64,000 nt of DNA from Octopus sinensis (lineage: Eukaryota), in assembly GCF_006345805.1 (NCBI RefSeq), contig NC_043002.1, forward strand, positions 60,636,001 to 60,700,000, read 5' to 3'. The notes under the pieces are model-generated. The model saw nothing but the letters and a program-made list of their open reading frames with translations, was not told the origin of the DNA and did not search any database. Shown here in pieces: positions 12,051 through 26,125 of the stretch. How positions within the stretch are numbered: the stretch's first letter is position 1; each line of letters opens with the position of its first letter. The translations under genes were made by a program, and so were the position numbers.

Positions 12051-12200
12051 GTATGTATGTATATACATAAACGGAGAGATATATACATACATATACATCT
12101 TTTTTTCTTATATATATATGTGTGTGTGGGTCGGTGTGCGCGTGTGTATGTATCTATATATTATATACAGAGAGAGGTAGATGTACATATATATAAAAGT
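11790..12200. repeat. (TA)n-rich compound microsatellite
   Basis: Directly visible. Confidence 0.9.
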
Positions 12201-12527
12201 GTATATATATATACAGGCGGAGGTACACATATAAGTATCATATATGTGTGTGTGGATGTGCCTTTTTTGTATGTGTATAGGAAGTGTTATGTCTGCGTCT
12301 CTCTATCTTTCATTGCATCTCACGACGTACATATATTAAGAGGGCAGACAAAATTGTGTATCAAAGACTATAAGACACGTATCATTTTCTTTTTCTTCCT
12401 TTTGATCGTCGAAACAATTTCTTGAACTTATCTAAACGTAATGCGTATATGTATGCATTTCTTTCGTAAGCACATAATGCTATTAATAAGTCTATGACTA
12501 CGAAAATGATGTAAGAATGTATACGTA

Positions 12528-12573
<46 letters not shown>

Positions 12574-12600
12574 GTCTGTCTGTCTGTCTGTCTGTCTGTA

Positions 12601-12633
<33 letters not shown>

Positions 12634-12690
12634 GTCTGACTGTCTGTCTGTCTGTCTGTCTGTCGATCGATCGATGTATCTATCTGTCCA
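12528..12690. repeat. (TGTC)n microsatellite
   Basis: Directly visible. Confidence 0.95.
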
Positions 12691-13242
12691 TATGTATATA
12701 CATATCTGAAATTGCCTACGTGTTTATGACGACGAAATATGCAAATTATCGTTCCAAATTACGGAGTGCACGGTGCAGGAAATATCGTTATTACCAAAAA
12801 GCAATTAAACCAGATGTGCATCAGAAGGGGAGATAATTTACAGAATAAAGATTTTTCCATGGTTGTAAAAACCATTAAGAAAACATTACCCCATGTTATT
12901 TATTACAGTGCTGAGCGCACTTTCATTCAAATTCCACACAAACATACACACACGCACACACATGTATACATACACATACATATACGTATAATTCTTATAT
13001 ATATCTATGTATACGACTGTTTTACAAGTCGATAATAAATGTCTGAACTGACTAGGTTTCTGAGTTTAAATCAGTTGGAATCGAAGCTAACTCTTTGAAA
13101 TGGTAATATATCTGTGTGTGTGGTGTGTGTGTGCGTGTGTGTGTGTGTTTATGTGTGTGTGTGTACAAATATATATATATATATATGTATGCGGGTGTGA
13201 TACATATATTTTCATATATATCTATGTGTATATGTGTGTGTA

Positions 13243-13525
<283 letters not shown>

Positions 13526-14056
13526 TAAGATCCAGGAATCGAGGTATTGGTAGAAAGTTAACTGAAAGCAATCCATAGTAAATATAAAAAAACAAATTTC
13601 AGGGACAATAGTGTTTTTTTTGAGACGGAAGGTTGTGGAATTTTTTCGAATCGAAGTACGATAAACTGCAAAGAGTCTTTTCTATATTTCCCGTTAGACT
13701 ACCAGGATTGACGGGTATGCAAATAAACATCATGTTTAGAAAAGTAGGAAAATATCCTAGTGTCTTAGCAATTTCTCAAACCGATCACATAGAGAAAGGT
13801 GTTTGCCTCCATTTCGGCAGTCTCGATTCGTTCTTCGGATTTCTTGTAAATTCACGTAAATAAAGCAATGAATCAATGAACCAACGGGCATTGCTTTTGA
13901 GTGGCATCCTCTGGATGTTTGCGTCACTTGGATTTGTCTTTTGGCTAAATTGTTTGTTTTTGCATTGTTTTGCATTATTTGTTTTTGTTCTAGGTATGCT
14001 GTTTTTGTATGTTGAGGTAGTTCGTCATTCGGACACAATTCTTTCCTGTGTGTGAA

Positions 14057-14288
14057 GGCGGCGAGCTGGCAGAAACGTTAGCACGCCGGGCGAAATGCTT
14101 AGCAGTATTTCGTCTGCTACTACGTTCTGAGTTCAAATTCCGCCGAGGTCGACTTTGCCGTTCATCCTTTCGGGGTCGATTAAATAAGTACCAGTTACAT
14201 ACTGGGGTCGATGTAATCGACTTAGTCCGCTTGTCTGTCCTTGTTTGTCCACTCTGTTTTTAGCCCCATTGTGGGCAATAAAGAAATA
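14057..14288 (+). mobile_element. SINE family 2 (Meta-domain-like), near full length
   Basis: A-box-like tggcagaaacgttag, B box gagttcaaattcc, and gactttgccgttcatcctttcggggtcgattaaataagtaccag. Confidence 0.85.
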
Positions 14289-14860
14289 ACAATTCTTTCC
14301 CGTGTGATAATTTTGTGCTATGTATGTTCACGTTTAGGAGAGAGGTTGTCCTGGTAGGCTTACCGTCGTTTATAGCGGGTCTTCTTTGAAATATTTGAGT
14401 GTAAATCTTGCTTGTGTATGCAGGCAGAGAAAGTTGTCTGTTTATTGTATAATATTTAATTTTTCAGTAATACAGAGTTCACATTTGATACATATTTATA
14501 CGCATACAGGCAGAGAGCTGCACAGGCATATTACCGACAAACGACAGAGAGAACAACGTATATTAGATTCTATACGCATGTTAGGTGGTATAGATATGTA
14601 GAATGTAGGTCAGCAAGGAATCTTGGGTTACCAAGAGAAAGTCAACTCAGCAAAGTAATATCCATATAAATGCGTGATCGTGTCTCTGTACGCCAGCGTC
14701 AATCCGTGTGCAAGTCTGTATATCAATGTGTCTGCTTATGCGCAATACACAATGCAAATATACATATATACACATATGTGTATATATATATGTGTGTGTG
14801 TGTGTCTTTTATGTATGTATATGTATACATACACACACATATTCACACTTAGGAGTCCTT

Positions 14861-14898
<38 letters not shown>

Positions 14899-15001
14899 TA
14901 TATATATATATATATATGTAAATGCAGATATAGATTTCTTATATGCGTGTGTGTATAAATAACTGGTTATATATATATGTGTATATATGTACGTACGTAT
15001 G

Positions 15002-15037
<36 letters not shown>

Positions 15038-15048
15038 TCTGTGTCCGT

Positions 15049-15118
<70 letters not shown>

Positions 15119-15454
15119 GCATATATATATATGGATGTAGGTGTGTGTGCGTGTGTGTTAGTGTTTGCGCGCGCGCATTATACACAAACGTACGTATATA
15201 CACATGACTAAATCAAATTATCGACAGAGGCACTGGTATTTTGATGTATATTTCAAACGTTTTGGCCCATTTGAAATTCTGGTGGACACGTTTCTTTGAC
15301 AGAAATCAGTTTTGATTTGCGGTTATATCCTGAGTTCTACGAACCATAAACTGATCAGAAACACCATATATCTACAGATACTGGAACTGAGGGATTTATT
15401 CGCAGTTCTTTGAGCGTGTTCTATCAACAACAATATTACCGATCGCCGGCGGTG

Positions 15455-15989
15455 TGATGACGATGAAGACGACGACGACGACGACGACCACGACGATGAT
15501 GATGATGATTATGATGATAATGATGATGATGATGATGTTGAAAATGGCGACAACTCTGATGATAACAACGACGGCGATTAAGAAGAGTATGATGATGATG
15601 AAGAGGAGGAGGAGGACGACGACCATCGTGAAGATGAGGGTGGTGTGAAGGACATCGTCGACTAGAACGATGATAGTGGTGATTATGATGATAATGATGA
15701 TGATGATGGTGATGGTGGTGGTGGGGGTGGCGGCGGGTTGGGTGGGGGGGCTTGTGGTGTTGATGATTCAAATAACAGTGACGATGTTCGCGATGACATT
15801 GAGGAAGTTGCACTCGGAAATAATCGTGTGCATTGGTATAACACCGGTGAAGATATATGACGTTATTATATATAATAATGATAATGAGGAGGGAGAAGAG
15901 GAGGAGGAGGAGGAGAAGAAAGAAAGAGAGGTGGAGAATGAGGGGGAGGAGGAGAATGAGGAGGACGCTGGTTGTGCAGGTGAAGTGGT

Positions 15990-16030
<41 letters not shown>
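15455..16030. repeat. Mosaic trinucleotide run (GAC/GAT/GGA/GGT/TAA)
   Basis: Directly visible; gives poly-M/H/E/N pseudo-ORFs. Confidence 0.9.
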
Positions 16031-16034
<4 letters not shown>

Positions 16035-16035
16035 T

Positions 16036-16445
16036 GCCCTGATGCAGTACCAGGCAATGGCTTCTCATCTTAATTGTTGTCATGTACATTGTTTTGTCTT
16101 GGTTTAAAAGGCGGACTACAGCAAATATTCTGCTCAATACCACAGATTTGCTTATACCCTGATGCAGTACCAGGCAGTGGCTCTCATGGCTTCTGATCTC
16201 AACTTACTGGAAGTGCTATCCTGTACATTGTTTTGTCTTGGTATAGAAGATGGGCTACAGCAAATATTCTGCTCCATACCACAGATTTACTTGCCAATTA
16301 TTTGACCTTAACCAGTTGAGTATGTCCCTTAGTGGCTGACGATATGTGCACCACTGATCACGAGCAGAAGTAGTCGGGGAGCATCATAGCCGTGTCTTGA
16401 GAGGGATTCTTTGGGGTTTGAATAATTAACCTCTAGATACATGGG
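16036..16445. repeat. Diverged tandem partial duplication (~120 bp) at the end of a probable interspersed repeat
   Basis: ccctgatgcagtaccaggca...tacagcaaatattctgctc.ataccacagattt occurs at ~16037 and ~16157. Confidence 0.65.
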
Positions 16446-16710
16446 TGTTACGTTCTATATCCTTAAACAAATCTTATTCAAGGATCATTTGTTCGGAATG
16501 GGCTATTTACATTGAAGAAAATTCTTACCAGGCCCCACCTGTACGGTCATATCTTGATATGAGAACACCATGTCTCGCACATGTTGTGATGCATGCGACT
16601 GTGTACCCTTATCGGACGGGTAATCAAGACGGGCTTCGTATATTTGTTACGCAATGTCAGTTTCATGGCTTGTACTTCTCTCTCACTCAATAATAATAAT
16701 AATAATAATA

Positions 16711-16752
<42 letters not shown>

Positions 16753-17712
16753 AAAGGGAGCGGATCACGATGATGATGATGGGGAGGAGGACAATTGTGT
16801 CAAAGATCAAGAGAGGAAACCAACCATACGTTACAATTCGATTGTTGGTTTACATAAAAATTAGGGATGCGGAAAATAAGATGTAGCATCCAATCAATGT
16901 GACAAGGCCGGCCTTTGTCACATTCATTATTGTAACCTGAGTGAACTGGAACATGGTTAAATAAAGTGTATTGCTCAAGAAAACAACGCACTAACAGGAA
17001 TCGAACTCAGTATTATAAGATCGTGAGTCGATTACCCCAACTACTAAGCCACACGTATCCTCAATATGTAACGTATAAAGAGAATATCGAATACGTAAAT
17101 ACATAGTTGACTCAGACTTTAGAGAATAGAGCCTCCAACTTGAGCCAATCAAAGAAAAAAACGGATCCATCATCCTAATGGTTACATGCTCAAGAGCCCT
17201 CCCCACACGTTCGTTCTCCAATCCAAGGTATTGTTAACGATAAGCACCATAAACCTCTTCGGTATAGACACCTCTCACTTGATATGTCCCCGGTTTCTCT
17301 TTTAGACACAACCCTAAGAATTTTCAGTGAATGTGGTTCAGTCGATACCATCTGCCCCTCTAGTTGCTTGTTACCTTATTTTATCGAGCATAAAAGGGTC
17401 CCGGATTCATGAAAAGCAAAATTGACCACAAGGGTGGAATTTACAACAGGTATTTCTTCCAATACTCAAATGATTCTGTCAGATTCATGCTAATGTTTCT
17501 TTTCTTATTTATCTACATAGTAATCAATTAATTTTCAAGGAAAGTGTCGGCAATAACACTGAGTCCAATAGGTTCTTTTATAATATATTATAGGTTCTTT
17601 ATTACATCAGCACCGAAAAGATGAGAAACGCACAGGCATCAAAACGATGCGGGCTTCAGAAGGCAATAAGACGGAGGAAAACATATATGTTTCAATATTT
17701 CCATTTTTCAAT

Positions 17713-18125
17713 GGCGGCGAGCTAGCAGAATCGTTAGCACACCAGGCAAAATGCTCAGCGGTATTCCGTCTGCCGCTACGTTCTGATTTCAAATTCCGCC
17801 GAGATCGACTTTGCCTTTCATCTTTTCGGGGTCGATTAAATAAGTACCAGTTACTCACTGGGGTCGATATAATCGACTTAATCCGTTTGTCTGTCCTTGT
17901 TTATCCTCTCTGTGTTTAGCCCCTTGTGGGTAGTAAAGAAATAGGTATTTCCTCTGCCGTTAAGGTTCTGAGTTCAAATTCCACCGAGATCGACTTTGCC
18001 TGTCATCCTTTCGGGGTCGATTAAATAAGTACCAGTTACGCAATCGGGTTGATGTAATCAACTTAATCCTTTTGAATGTTCTTGTTTGACCCATCTATGT
18101 TTAGTCCTTTGTGGGCAAGAAATAA
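17713..18125 (+). mobile_element. SINE family 2, full copy plus an adjacent 5'-truncated copy
   Basis: Two successive gactttgcct.tcatc.tttcggggtcgattaaataagtaccag cores. Confidence 0.85.
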
Positions 18126-19267
18126 ATATATTCAAATTTTGAAAGCAAAAATTTGTGAAGCACCGGATAGAAAATGTCCCATTAGTTACGGCAAAATAGT
18201 CGAGGTGACCAGAAGAGCAATAACGAACTCACAAAAAGAAACAGCAACGAGAATTGTTAGCAACAATACAAACCACAACTATATCAGATACAGAAACTGA
18301 AGCAAGCACATCAATAATAATTGACAGATCAAAAACTGCAACACTGAGAAAATGAACGAAATTAGCAGCAAGGTCGCAAACTACAATATCAATCACATCA
18401 GCAGCAAGCAATACGCCAAGACCAGTGGCAACAGCAGCAGCAACAAAAACAAGTTACAAAATGTTTATCTGAGGTGAGAACACTGATAAGGAAACCGTAT
18501 CAAAATCCGACAAGGTGAAATCTAGTGAGAACCCAAGTGTTTCACTGCTTCTTTAAACGTTTCTTAAACAGCGTGGGAAATTTCAAAAATTTATGAAGAA
18601 AAGGGTTCTGTTGGATCCAAATAAAGGTCCCGAAAACCAGGGCCTGGGTAAATGACCTCCTCCAATATTAGTTCACTTCACGTCTTAGATACATAACTTA
18701 GTTGAAAGTAGGCAGTAGCAATGAGCGTGGTTTCGAATCTCGGTATCTCAAGAAGAACACTTGTTCAACGACTTCACATAATGGTGCTTTGATATGTATG
18801 TCTTAGCAGACTCAGGATCTCTGAGACTCAGTTTGATGATTTTGAAACTTGTTTTACTCTCCGACAGTGCCGTTCAAATGCTATGCAGTTTCGTAACATT
18901 CAATACGTCAATACACCTCGCGCCCAATATAGGTCTATGTTTGAATGAAGCTCGGATAACAAGGCCTTGCAGAAGAAAGTTTTACGTAAGAAGTAACACA
19001 TCCAATTTCTTCCTTTTCCATCATTGCCGTCCTCACTGTCTCAGTACTAAAAATTATGCAAGCCGCAGCCCTTGAGATTTTATCATAAACTGGACGATAT
19101 CCCAGGACCATCGTGGAGTGAGTTTAAGTAGATGTTTATTTTTTTTTTTTGACCAGTAGAAACAATTATGGACAGAATAGCCCAAATCGTCGGAGATAAT
19201 AAACCGTGAAGTAAAAAAGTAAAATAACATCAAATAAAAATAACATCAAGAAAATAAAGCGACGACA

Positions 19268-19460
19268 TGCCAGAAGTCTTAACACGACAAGCAAAATGCT
19301 TAGCGCCATTTTACGTTCTGTGTTCAAATTCATCTGAAGCTCAATCTTCCTGCACATCTTTTCGGGCTAGATTATTACCAGTTGAGTACTGGGATCGATG
19401 TAACCGATTTCCTCTTCCCCCTAAACTGTTGCCGTGGTACCTAAATTTGAAATCAACATT
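19268..19460 (+). mobile_element. SINE family 2, degenerate
   Basis: aaatgcttagcgccattttacgttctgtgttcaaatt...taccagttgagtactggg. Confidence 0.55.
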
Positions 19461-19570
19461 ATCGAAAGAGAATTATGTTAGTCATATTGTTTTCATTATC
19501 CTTTATTTAAACTATTTTATTCGACAAGAAACATTTTAGCATTTTATCCACATTTCTTTCTCTTTAAATA

Positions 19571-19646
<76 letters not shown>

Positions 19647-19945
19647 TGTGCCTTTATGTTTGTGTGCAACGGTGCATATGAGAATGGAAGTGTTTGTGTG
19701 AGAGTGAATATTCTACTGTGTTAATCCAATCGCGATCCTCTTTCGCCAAGTTCAGTAAGTATATGAACACGACAGGCAAAGGCAGAAACAGGATTAGATC
19801 TGAGCATGTGAGCAATAAAATCACACACACACACAAATTTAACCACGTGTGGAGTACTCATTCCTCCCCTGTATAGAATCTTTGGATCACAGCATTCACG
19901 CACACACAAGTAGACACACGTATACATACATGTCTCTGAATATAT

Positions 19946-19992
<47 letters not shown>

Positions 19993-20148
19993 TATATATA
20001 TATACATATATATGTATGTATGTGTTTGTGTGTGTATACATATATACATATAGATTTGCATATACAACGATACTTCGATGCAAAGCTGAACATACAAGTA
20101 TATATTTATAAGACATGTACAATAATATACATACATATATATATTGTA

Positions 20149-20198
<50 letters not shown>

Positions 20199-20480
20199 GA
20201 ATATATATATACACGCACACACACACACACATACACACACACATATATATATATATATAGAATGTATATATATATATATAAATATATATATATAGACACA
20301 TATACAAATATAAACAAATATATAGATATAGATAGATGTGCGTGTGTGTCTACACACATGCACACACAAACACATACATATATATATATGTATGTTTGTT
20401 TGTATGTATGTATGTATGTATGTATGTATGTATGTATGTATGTATGCATGTACGTATGTACGTATTCATGTATGTCTATA
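19571..20480. repeat. Microsatellite-rich tract: (TG)n, (TA)n, (CA)n, (TATG)n
   Basis: Directly visible. Confidence 0.85.
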
Positions 20481-21464
20481 TGTTGATATCAAACTCTATT
20501 ATCATTTCACTTTCATAGCTTTAGATATGTTCGTTTGAATATTTTTCTTTATAATATCAGAAAACCAATGCAGTTGCCTTCGTTGAGAAAGAATGTCATA
20601 AAACCATTCACATATAAACATGCCAAACCATCCATAGCGTTTTTTTCCAGCAACGGAAAACTATATTTTTTGTCCGCTTTGCTTCATGGCTTTTTCTATT
20701 TATGATTTTACAAACTTCTCTTTTTCTATGTCGATGCCTCGCTCTCGCTCTTCCTCTTTCACTCACTCTCGCCGTTTTTCACTTCTTTTATCCATGAATG
20801 TAACCATTTCACAAACGACAAAACTGAAAGTCGAAGTTTTATTCATTTATTTATTAGTTTGTTTGTTTTTATTCGTCTCTCTTGAGCTCAGTCCATTGGT
20901 ATGAGAACATTGTAATATTTTGTGTAAGTTCATGGAGATGTAGCTAGCTGTTACCAGATCATGTGAGAAATTTAAGTCTGAGAATAGAATCTACTCGTGT
21001 CTACCAGACATGGTTGGGCGTTGACTCCAAAACTGAATATGAACACTGATCACTTACCACAAGCAGTGATATAGTCAAGTGCATGTTTAGCTCGTGAAAT
21101 ATCGACCGAACTAACTCGAGTTAATTTTAAGCCATGTCTTACAAATAAATATTTCAACATTTTGGCACAATGCCAGTAATTTCGAAGGTAGTGGTAAGTC
21201 GGTTGCATCGACCTCAGTATGGACTAATATAATTTTATCGATCTTGAAAGAATAAAATACAAAGTTGACGCGCCATTTCAATTAAGAACGTAAACCCGGT
21301 AAAAACACCGCAAAGCATTGTGTCCATTATGATGAAAAAACATTTTTCAGCAATATTCTTAATAAGCCTAGTACTTATTCTATCGGTCTCTTTTCCAGAA
21401 CCTAGAAATAATACATTTCTAAATCTCTAAGAGAGATTTATGCAGTAGCAGCAAGACAAAGTAG

Positions 21465-21651
21465 TAGTATGTTGTCAACTTAATATGACAGTCCCATAAA
21501 AGGGAAGAATGCTACTGTTATTTAGCATTTGGAAACACCGTTTCCTGTTCGACATAAGAAATGTCTCAAGTCCAACAGGAAACTGTATTTCTTAGGGCTA
21601 AATAAGAGTAGCATTCTTTCCTTTCTGTCACATTAAGTTAACAATATACTA
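21465..21651. mobile_element. Palindromic MITE-like fold-back (~80-90-bp imperfect arms)
   Basis: tagtatgttgtcaacttaatatgacag...gaagaatgctactgttatttagc...gtttcctgtt pairs with aacaggaaac...gctaaataagagtagcattctt...ctgtcacattaagttaacaatatacta. Confidence 0.7.
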
Positions 21652-21654
21652 TCA

Positions 21655-21792
21655 CTTTTCCGGAAATGATGAGTTACGGGGAAATAAACACACCAGCATC
21701 GCTTATCAAATGATGGGGGGGGGGGCAAACACAGACACATAAACACATAAACACTCACACACACAAACACACACACACACATACGCACACAC

Positions 21793-21864
<72 letters not shown>

Positions 21865-22020
21865 GACGGCTTCTTTCAGTTTCCGTCTACCAAGTCCACA
21901 CACAAGATTTTGGTCGTCCTGAGGCTATACTAGAAGACACTTGTCGAAGGTGTCACGCAGTGGGACTGAAACTGGAAGCATGTGGTTGGGAGGCAAGCTT
22001 CTTAACACACAGTCACTCCC
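21655..22020 (-). mobile_element. Family 1 SINE with expanded internal (CA)n(TA)n
   Basis: Both modules are present in reverse orientation around the microsatellite. Confidence 0.8.
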
Positions 22021-22150
22021 GCGACTATGCGAGTCAATTATATTTATCTATTCATATATCCATCATAATCACAAGATACTTCTTACTTTGCTTTCTCAAA
22101 GTATATTTTCGTAATCAATTTGAATCCAATGCCTTTAAACACCTAACAAG

Positions 22151-22370
22151 TCTTAACCACTACGCCATATGCCTGCGGGCATATGGCTTAGTGGTTAAGA
22201 GCGCGGGCTACTAACCCCAAGATTCCGAGTTCGATTCCAGGCAGTGACCTGAATAATAAAATCGGAAAATACTTTAGGAATGAGGAACCAGGTTTAAAAT
22301 GTCTCCAAAACACCTGATGAAGGATGGAGGGTATATCCGTCAAATGTAAATAACGTAAATAAAGTCTGAA
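22151..22370 (+). mobile_element. tRNA-headed element with hammerhead-derived tail (family 3); hammerhead 3' half deleted
   Basis: A box TGGCTTAGTGG (22184-94), B box GAGTTCGATTCC (22227-38), short aataataa, then cacCTGATGAagg (22314-20). The tail matches 46750-46900 and 49864-49972. A 23-bp inverted repeat sits at the 5' end. Confidence 0.8.
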
Positions 22371-22486
22371 TATTGTTCTCTGTCCGTACGTAACTAAATG
22401 GCTCGAGTCCATATATATGTATATATATATGATACACACACACACACACATATATATATATGACACACACACACACATATATATAG

Positions 22487-22632
22487 GAGTGGGCGTGTGG
22501 ATGGCAAATAGCTTACTTACCAACTACATGGTTGCGGGATCAGGCCGGCTGCGTGGCAAATTTGGCAAGTGTCTTCTAGTATAGCCACGGGCCGACCAAA
22601 GCCTTATGAGTGAATTTGGTAGACGGCAGCTC
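22487..22632 (+). mobile_element. Family 1 SINE head/core fragment
   Basis: ggcaagtgtcttctagtatagcc.cgggccgaccaaagcctt.tgagtg.atttggtagacgg. Confidence 0.7.
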
Positions 22633-25600
22633 AACCGGCATATTAACTTTTAAGTATACCACTACACCGGCTCATTAGCCTTTAGGAAGCGCCATTAAAG
22701 AAATTCAACCTGAAGAACAAAATCGTACTTTTATAGAATGATGAAATCCAAAATACTGCATGTGATATTTTCTGGAGACGTTTGTTTATTTCTTGACAGA
22801 AATTGCAAAACATTTCGGATAAAAACATACGAAAGGAATTGGAAAATTCGGTAAAAGTTAAAATATCTTAAAAATAAGGAAAATTCGTTTGGCAAAAAAT
22901 AAAAGATAAAAAACATTAAAAAAAAATAAAAATAAAAAATAAAAGTGATATTTGTTATTCAAGTGAAACTGAATCTTAAGTAACAAATATTGAAGAACGA
23001 GTGATATTTATTTGTCTTTTTTGTTTTTCGTTTGTTTCTTTTTTGTGTGTGTCTGGACGTCTCTGATATTTTCAAATTTGGCGAACGACAACGACGATGA
23101 ATTTCAAAGTTAGTGAAATGTCTTTCATATTTTTTCATCAATCTGTCAACAGACGCACAGAAAACAACATTATATTAAAACGAACATGTTCTTTAAGAGC
23201 CATTCACTCTTTCATTTCGTGTCACAGTTTATTCGCTGCTTTAGGGCAATATTACAACAACATTACCAATGTTTCCAATATTCAACACGTGATTTTCAGT
23301 CGAAATCTTAGCTCTGTCTTTATCAGATCCTTTAAAGAGGATGTTCAGAAGAAAGAGTAACATAAATTGTACGACAAAAGCCTAAATGCATTCAATTGTT
23401 TAGTTCCAGTCCTAGTTTCCGTATTATCCAAATGGTCATACTCGGTTTAGACAGTTAACATCCGGGTGTTGTTCCCTACACATCATGCACGTGATGGAAC
23501 TCATTCAGTCGATTATGACCGATCGTTATAAAGTTATGGTCTTGTAGCGATATCAGGTTATTACAATTTGTAAAATTGGTTTTAAATTTTGGTACAAGTC
23601 CAGCAAGTTCGGGGAAAGGGTTAGGGTGCTCAACTGCAACTTATTTTATCGTTCCCGAAAGACGTAAGACAAAGTCGTCCACGTTGTAACGTAAACTCAG
23701 AACGTAAAAATGCACGAAATTCCGTTAAGAACTTTTTACGGTGCGGTGAATATTCTGCCAGTCTGCCGCCTTATATTAAAAGAAAATATTGGTGTCAAAT
23801 TTTGGAACAGGACCAATAAGTTTATGGGGAGTGGGTATAAATCAATTACATCGAAACCAGTGCTTAACTGGTACTTATCGTATCGGCCTCGAAAGGATGA
23901 AATGCAAAGTCGACCTCAGTGGACATTCAGCGTAGTGAGGGACGTACAGACGGATGAAATGTCGCTAAGGATTTTGTCTGGCGCACTAACAAATCTGTCA
24001 GCTCAGAGTTCTGTCAGCTAATGTCCGTCTGACATTAGAAAGAAAATATTTTAAAAGAATCAAAAAGTGGCGAACTGGTAGAATCGGTAGCGTGCTGGAT
24101 CATATTTCAAAGCCCGAAATTTCACTCGTTGTTCCTATTGTAGAAAAGAATAAGAAAAGAACCATCAATACCGAACAATACACCTTGTAGTATTAAGTTC
24201 TTACCTCAAAATGAGAAGTTCAAATCCTGTTGGCGATGACTTGGCATTTTCTGGTTTTTAATAATATTAATGCCTATCAAATACTTGGTATAGGTTGATA
24301 ATGTATTACGATACATTTGGAGGCTAATGATAAAAACCACTTAAAACCAAACAGAAGAATGGTGGATTAGCAGAATTGATAGCGTAGCGGAAAGAATAGT
24401 CATTTCAACATTCAAGCTGGTTGTTTTATGTTCTAACTTCAAATCTGACCGAAAGCGACTTCACTATTTTATACACCCACGGTAGCTAAAATAAATTATG
24501 TAAGAGATATAGGGACTGGTACAATTGAGTCTTCTCTCCCCCAAAATATATGTCATTTACTAATGTTAGAAATCAATATAAGATAGAATATAGTAATGGA
24601 ATAACGGAAGACCACCAGACCAAATGTATTTCGCTATTTAATTCACATTACCGTTTAACACAATTTCGAAGTGCCTTTATGTTTATTCCCATGGGATTTT
24701 ATAGATTAACTACCACTGTTATATTGCATTCTATCCAATCAATTTTATTACATCTGTCCAAATCTGTGGTTTAAGGAATCGTTACTACATCTAATGAATT
24801 TAAGAAATCGTTAGTGCATTTAATGAATTTAAGAAATCATTAAGTTGTACATATAGAGAATAATGAGTAGTAGAAATGGTATCGCAGAGGACTGAAAAGT
24901 TTCGGGTATTTAGTAATATTTCTTTGCGTTTCAAACCTTCGAAAAGTGATAAAATATACATCAATATTCTTTTTCTAGAACGTGCATAATCAATTGGACT
25001 TCGCTGCATTAGAAATTTGATTGTTTTATGCTTAAATGTAATAGTGAGATGGGAAAAAGGTATACTAGCAGAAAATGCTCAGCTGTAAGCTGGGCGCGTT
25101 TCACTATCTAATAACGTGAATATCTGATTGGCGTTGATATTCGATATCAGTGAAAATCTCCGCACATAAAGCTATGGGTGCTCACAACACACGCGATCTA
25201 TTAGTGCAGGAGGATCCTATGGCAGTGAGAATGCATGAACCTCGCCGCACGTCTCCTCACTAGAAGCTAACTCTTGGCCCCAAGAATCAGCACATTGGCA
25301 GCTGGTATATGTAGATGTCTGAAAAACAGATAGTATTTCATGACATGCACGCACAGCAGAGTCAAAACAGACAATAACTTATCTTTTCATTTTAAACACT
25401 TTATCTTTTAAATAAATCTCTACTTCTATATAGTTTTGACGAAGACAACTTCAATGCGTTTTTGATCATCATAGGTCAGCTGTGTCAATACTGGCCCATT
25501 TAACCTCGTTTCACTTCATGAGTTCTCAAAGATGCATCTTGTATTACCATTTATGTAAGTCGCCATATGAATAGCTAAATATCAAGTAATATAACATGCG

Positions 25601-25654
25601 TATTTATGGCTTATTATTTTCAATTTAGAACCAGTGATGATGTGTTATTCTTTA

Positions 25655-25877
25655 CTCTATTACTCTTTTACTTCTTTCAGTCATTTGACTGCGGCCATGC
25701 TGGAGCACCGCCTTTAGTCGAGCAAATCGACACCAGGAATTATTGTTTGCAAGCCTAGTACTTGTTCTACCGGTCTCTTTTGCCGAACCGCTAGGTTACG
25801 GGGAGGTAAACACACCAGCATCGGTTGTCAAGTGATGTTGGGAGGACAAACACAGACACCTATATATATATATGTAT

Positions 25878-25967
<90 letters not shown>

Positions 25968-26125
25968 ACATATATACGACGGACTTTTTTTTCGGTTTCC
26001 ATCTGCCAAATCCACTCACAAGGCTTTGGTCAGCCGGAGACTCTAGTAGAAGACACTTGCCCAAGGTGCCACGCAGTGAGATTGAACCCGGAACCATGTG
26101 GTTGGTAAGGAAGCTACTTACCATG
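25655..26125 (-). mobile_element. Family 1 SINE, full length
   Basis: All modules match 44794-45180. Confidence 0.85.

Noticed and set aside
15396-16143. Poly-His/Met/Glu ORFs up to 235 aa
   Set aside because: Open in several frames on both strands because the region is a trinucleotide mosaic; no domain content.
18590-18650. atgaaga/ctgttgg...ggtcccgaaaacc, superficially hammerhead-like
   Set aside because: No CUGANGA, no stem III/NUH and no stem I.
22177-22250. tRNA genes here and at 49795-49865 and 44794-44860
   Set aside because: A/B boxes are present, but the acceptor and anticodon stems do not close, the anticodon differs between copies, and each continues into SINE-type body sequence.
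25130-25330. GC-richer unique segment with a CCAAT-like motif and a minus-strand ttttcag/ACATCTACATAT acceptor-like motif, also seen near 41020
   Set aside because: All frames hit stops without a convincing donor, and the shared 19-mer is low-complexity; not enough for an exon or promoter call.
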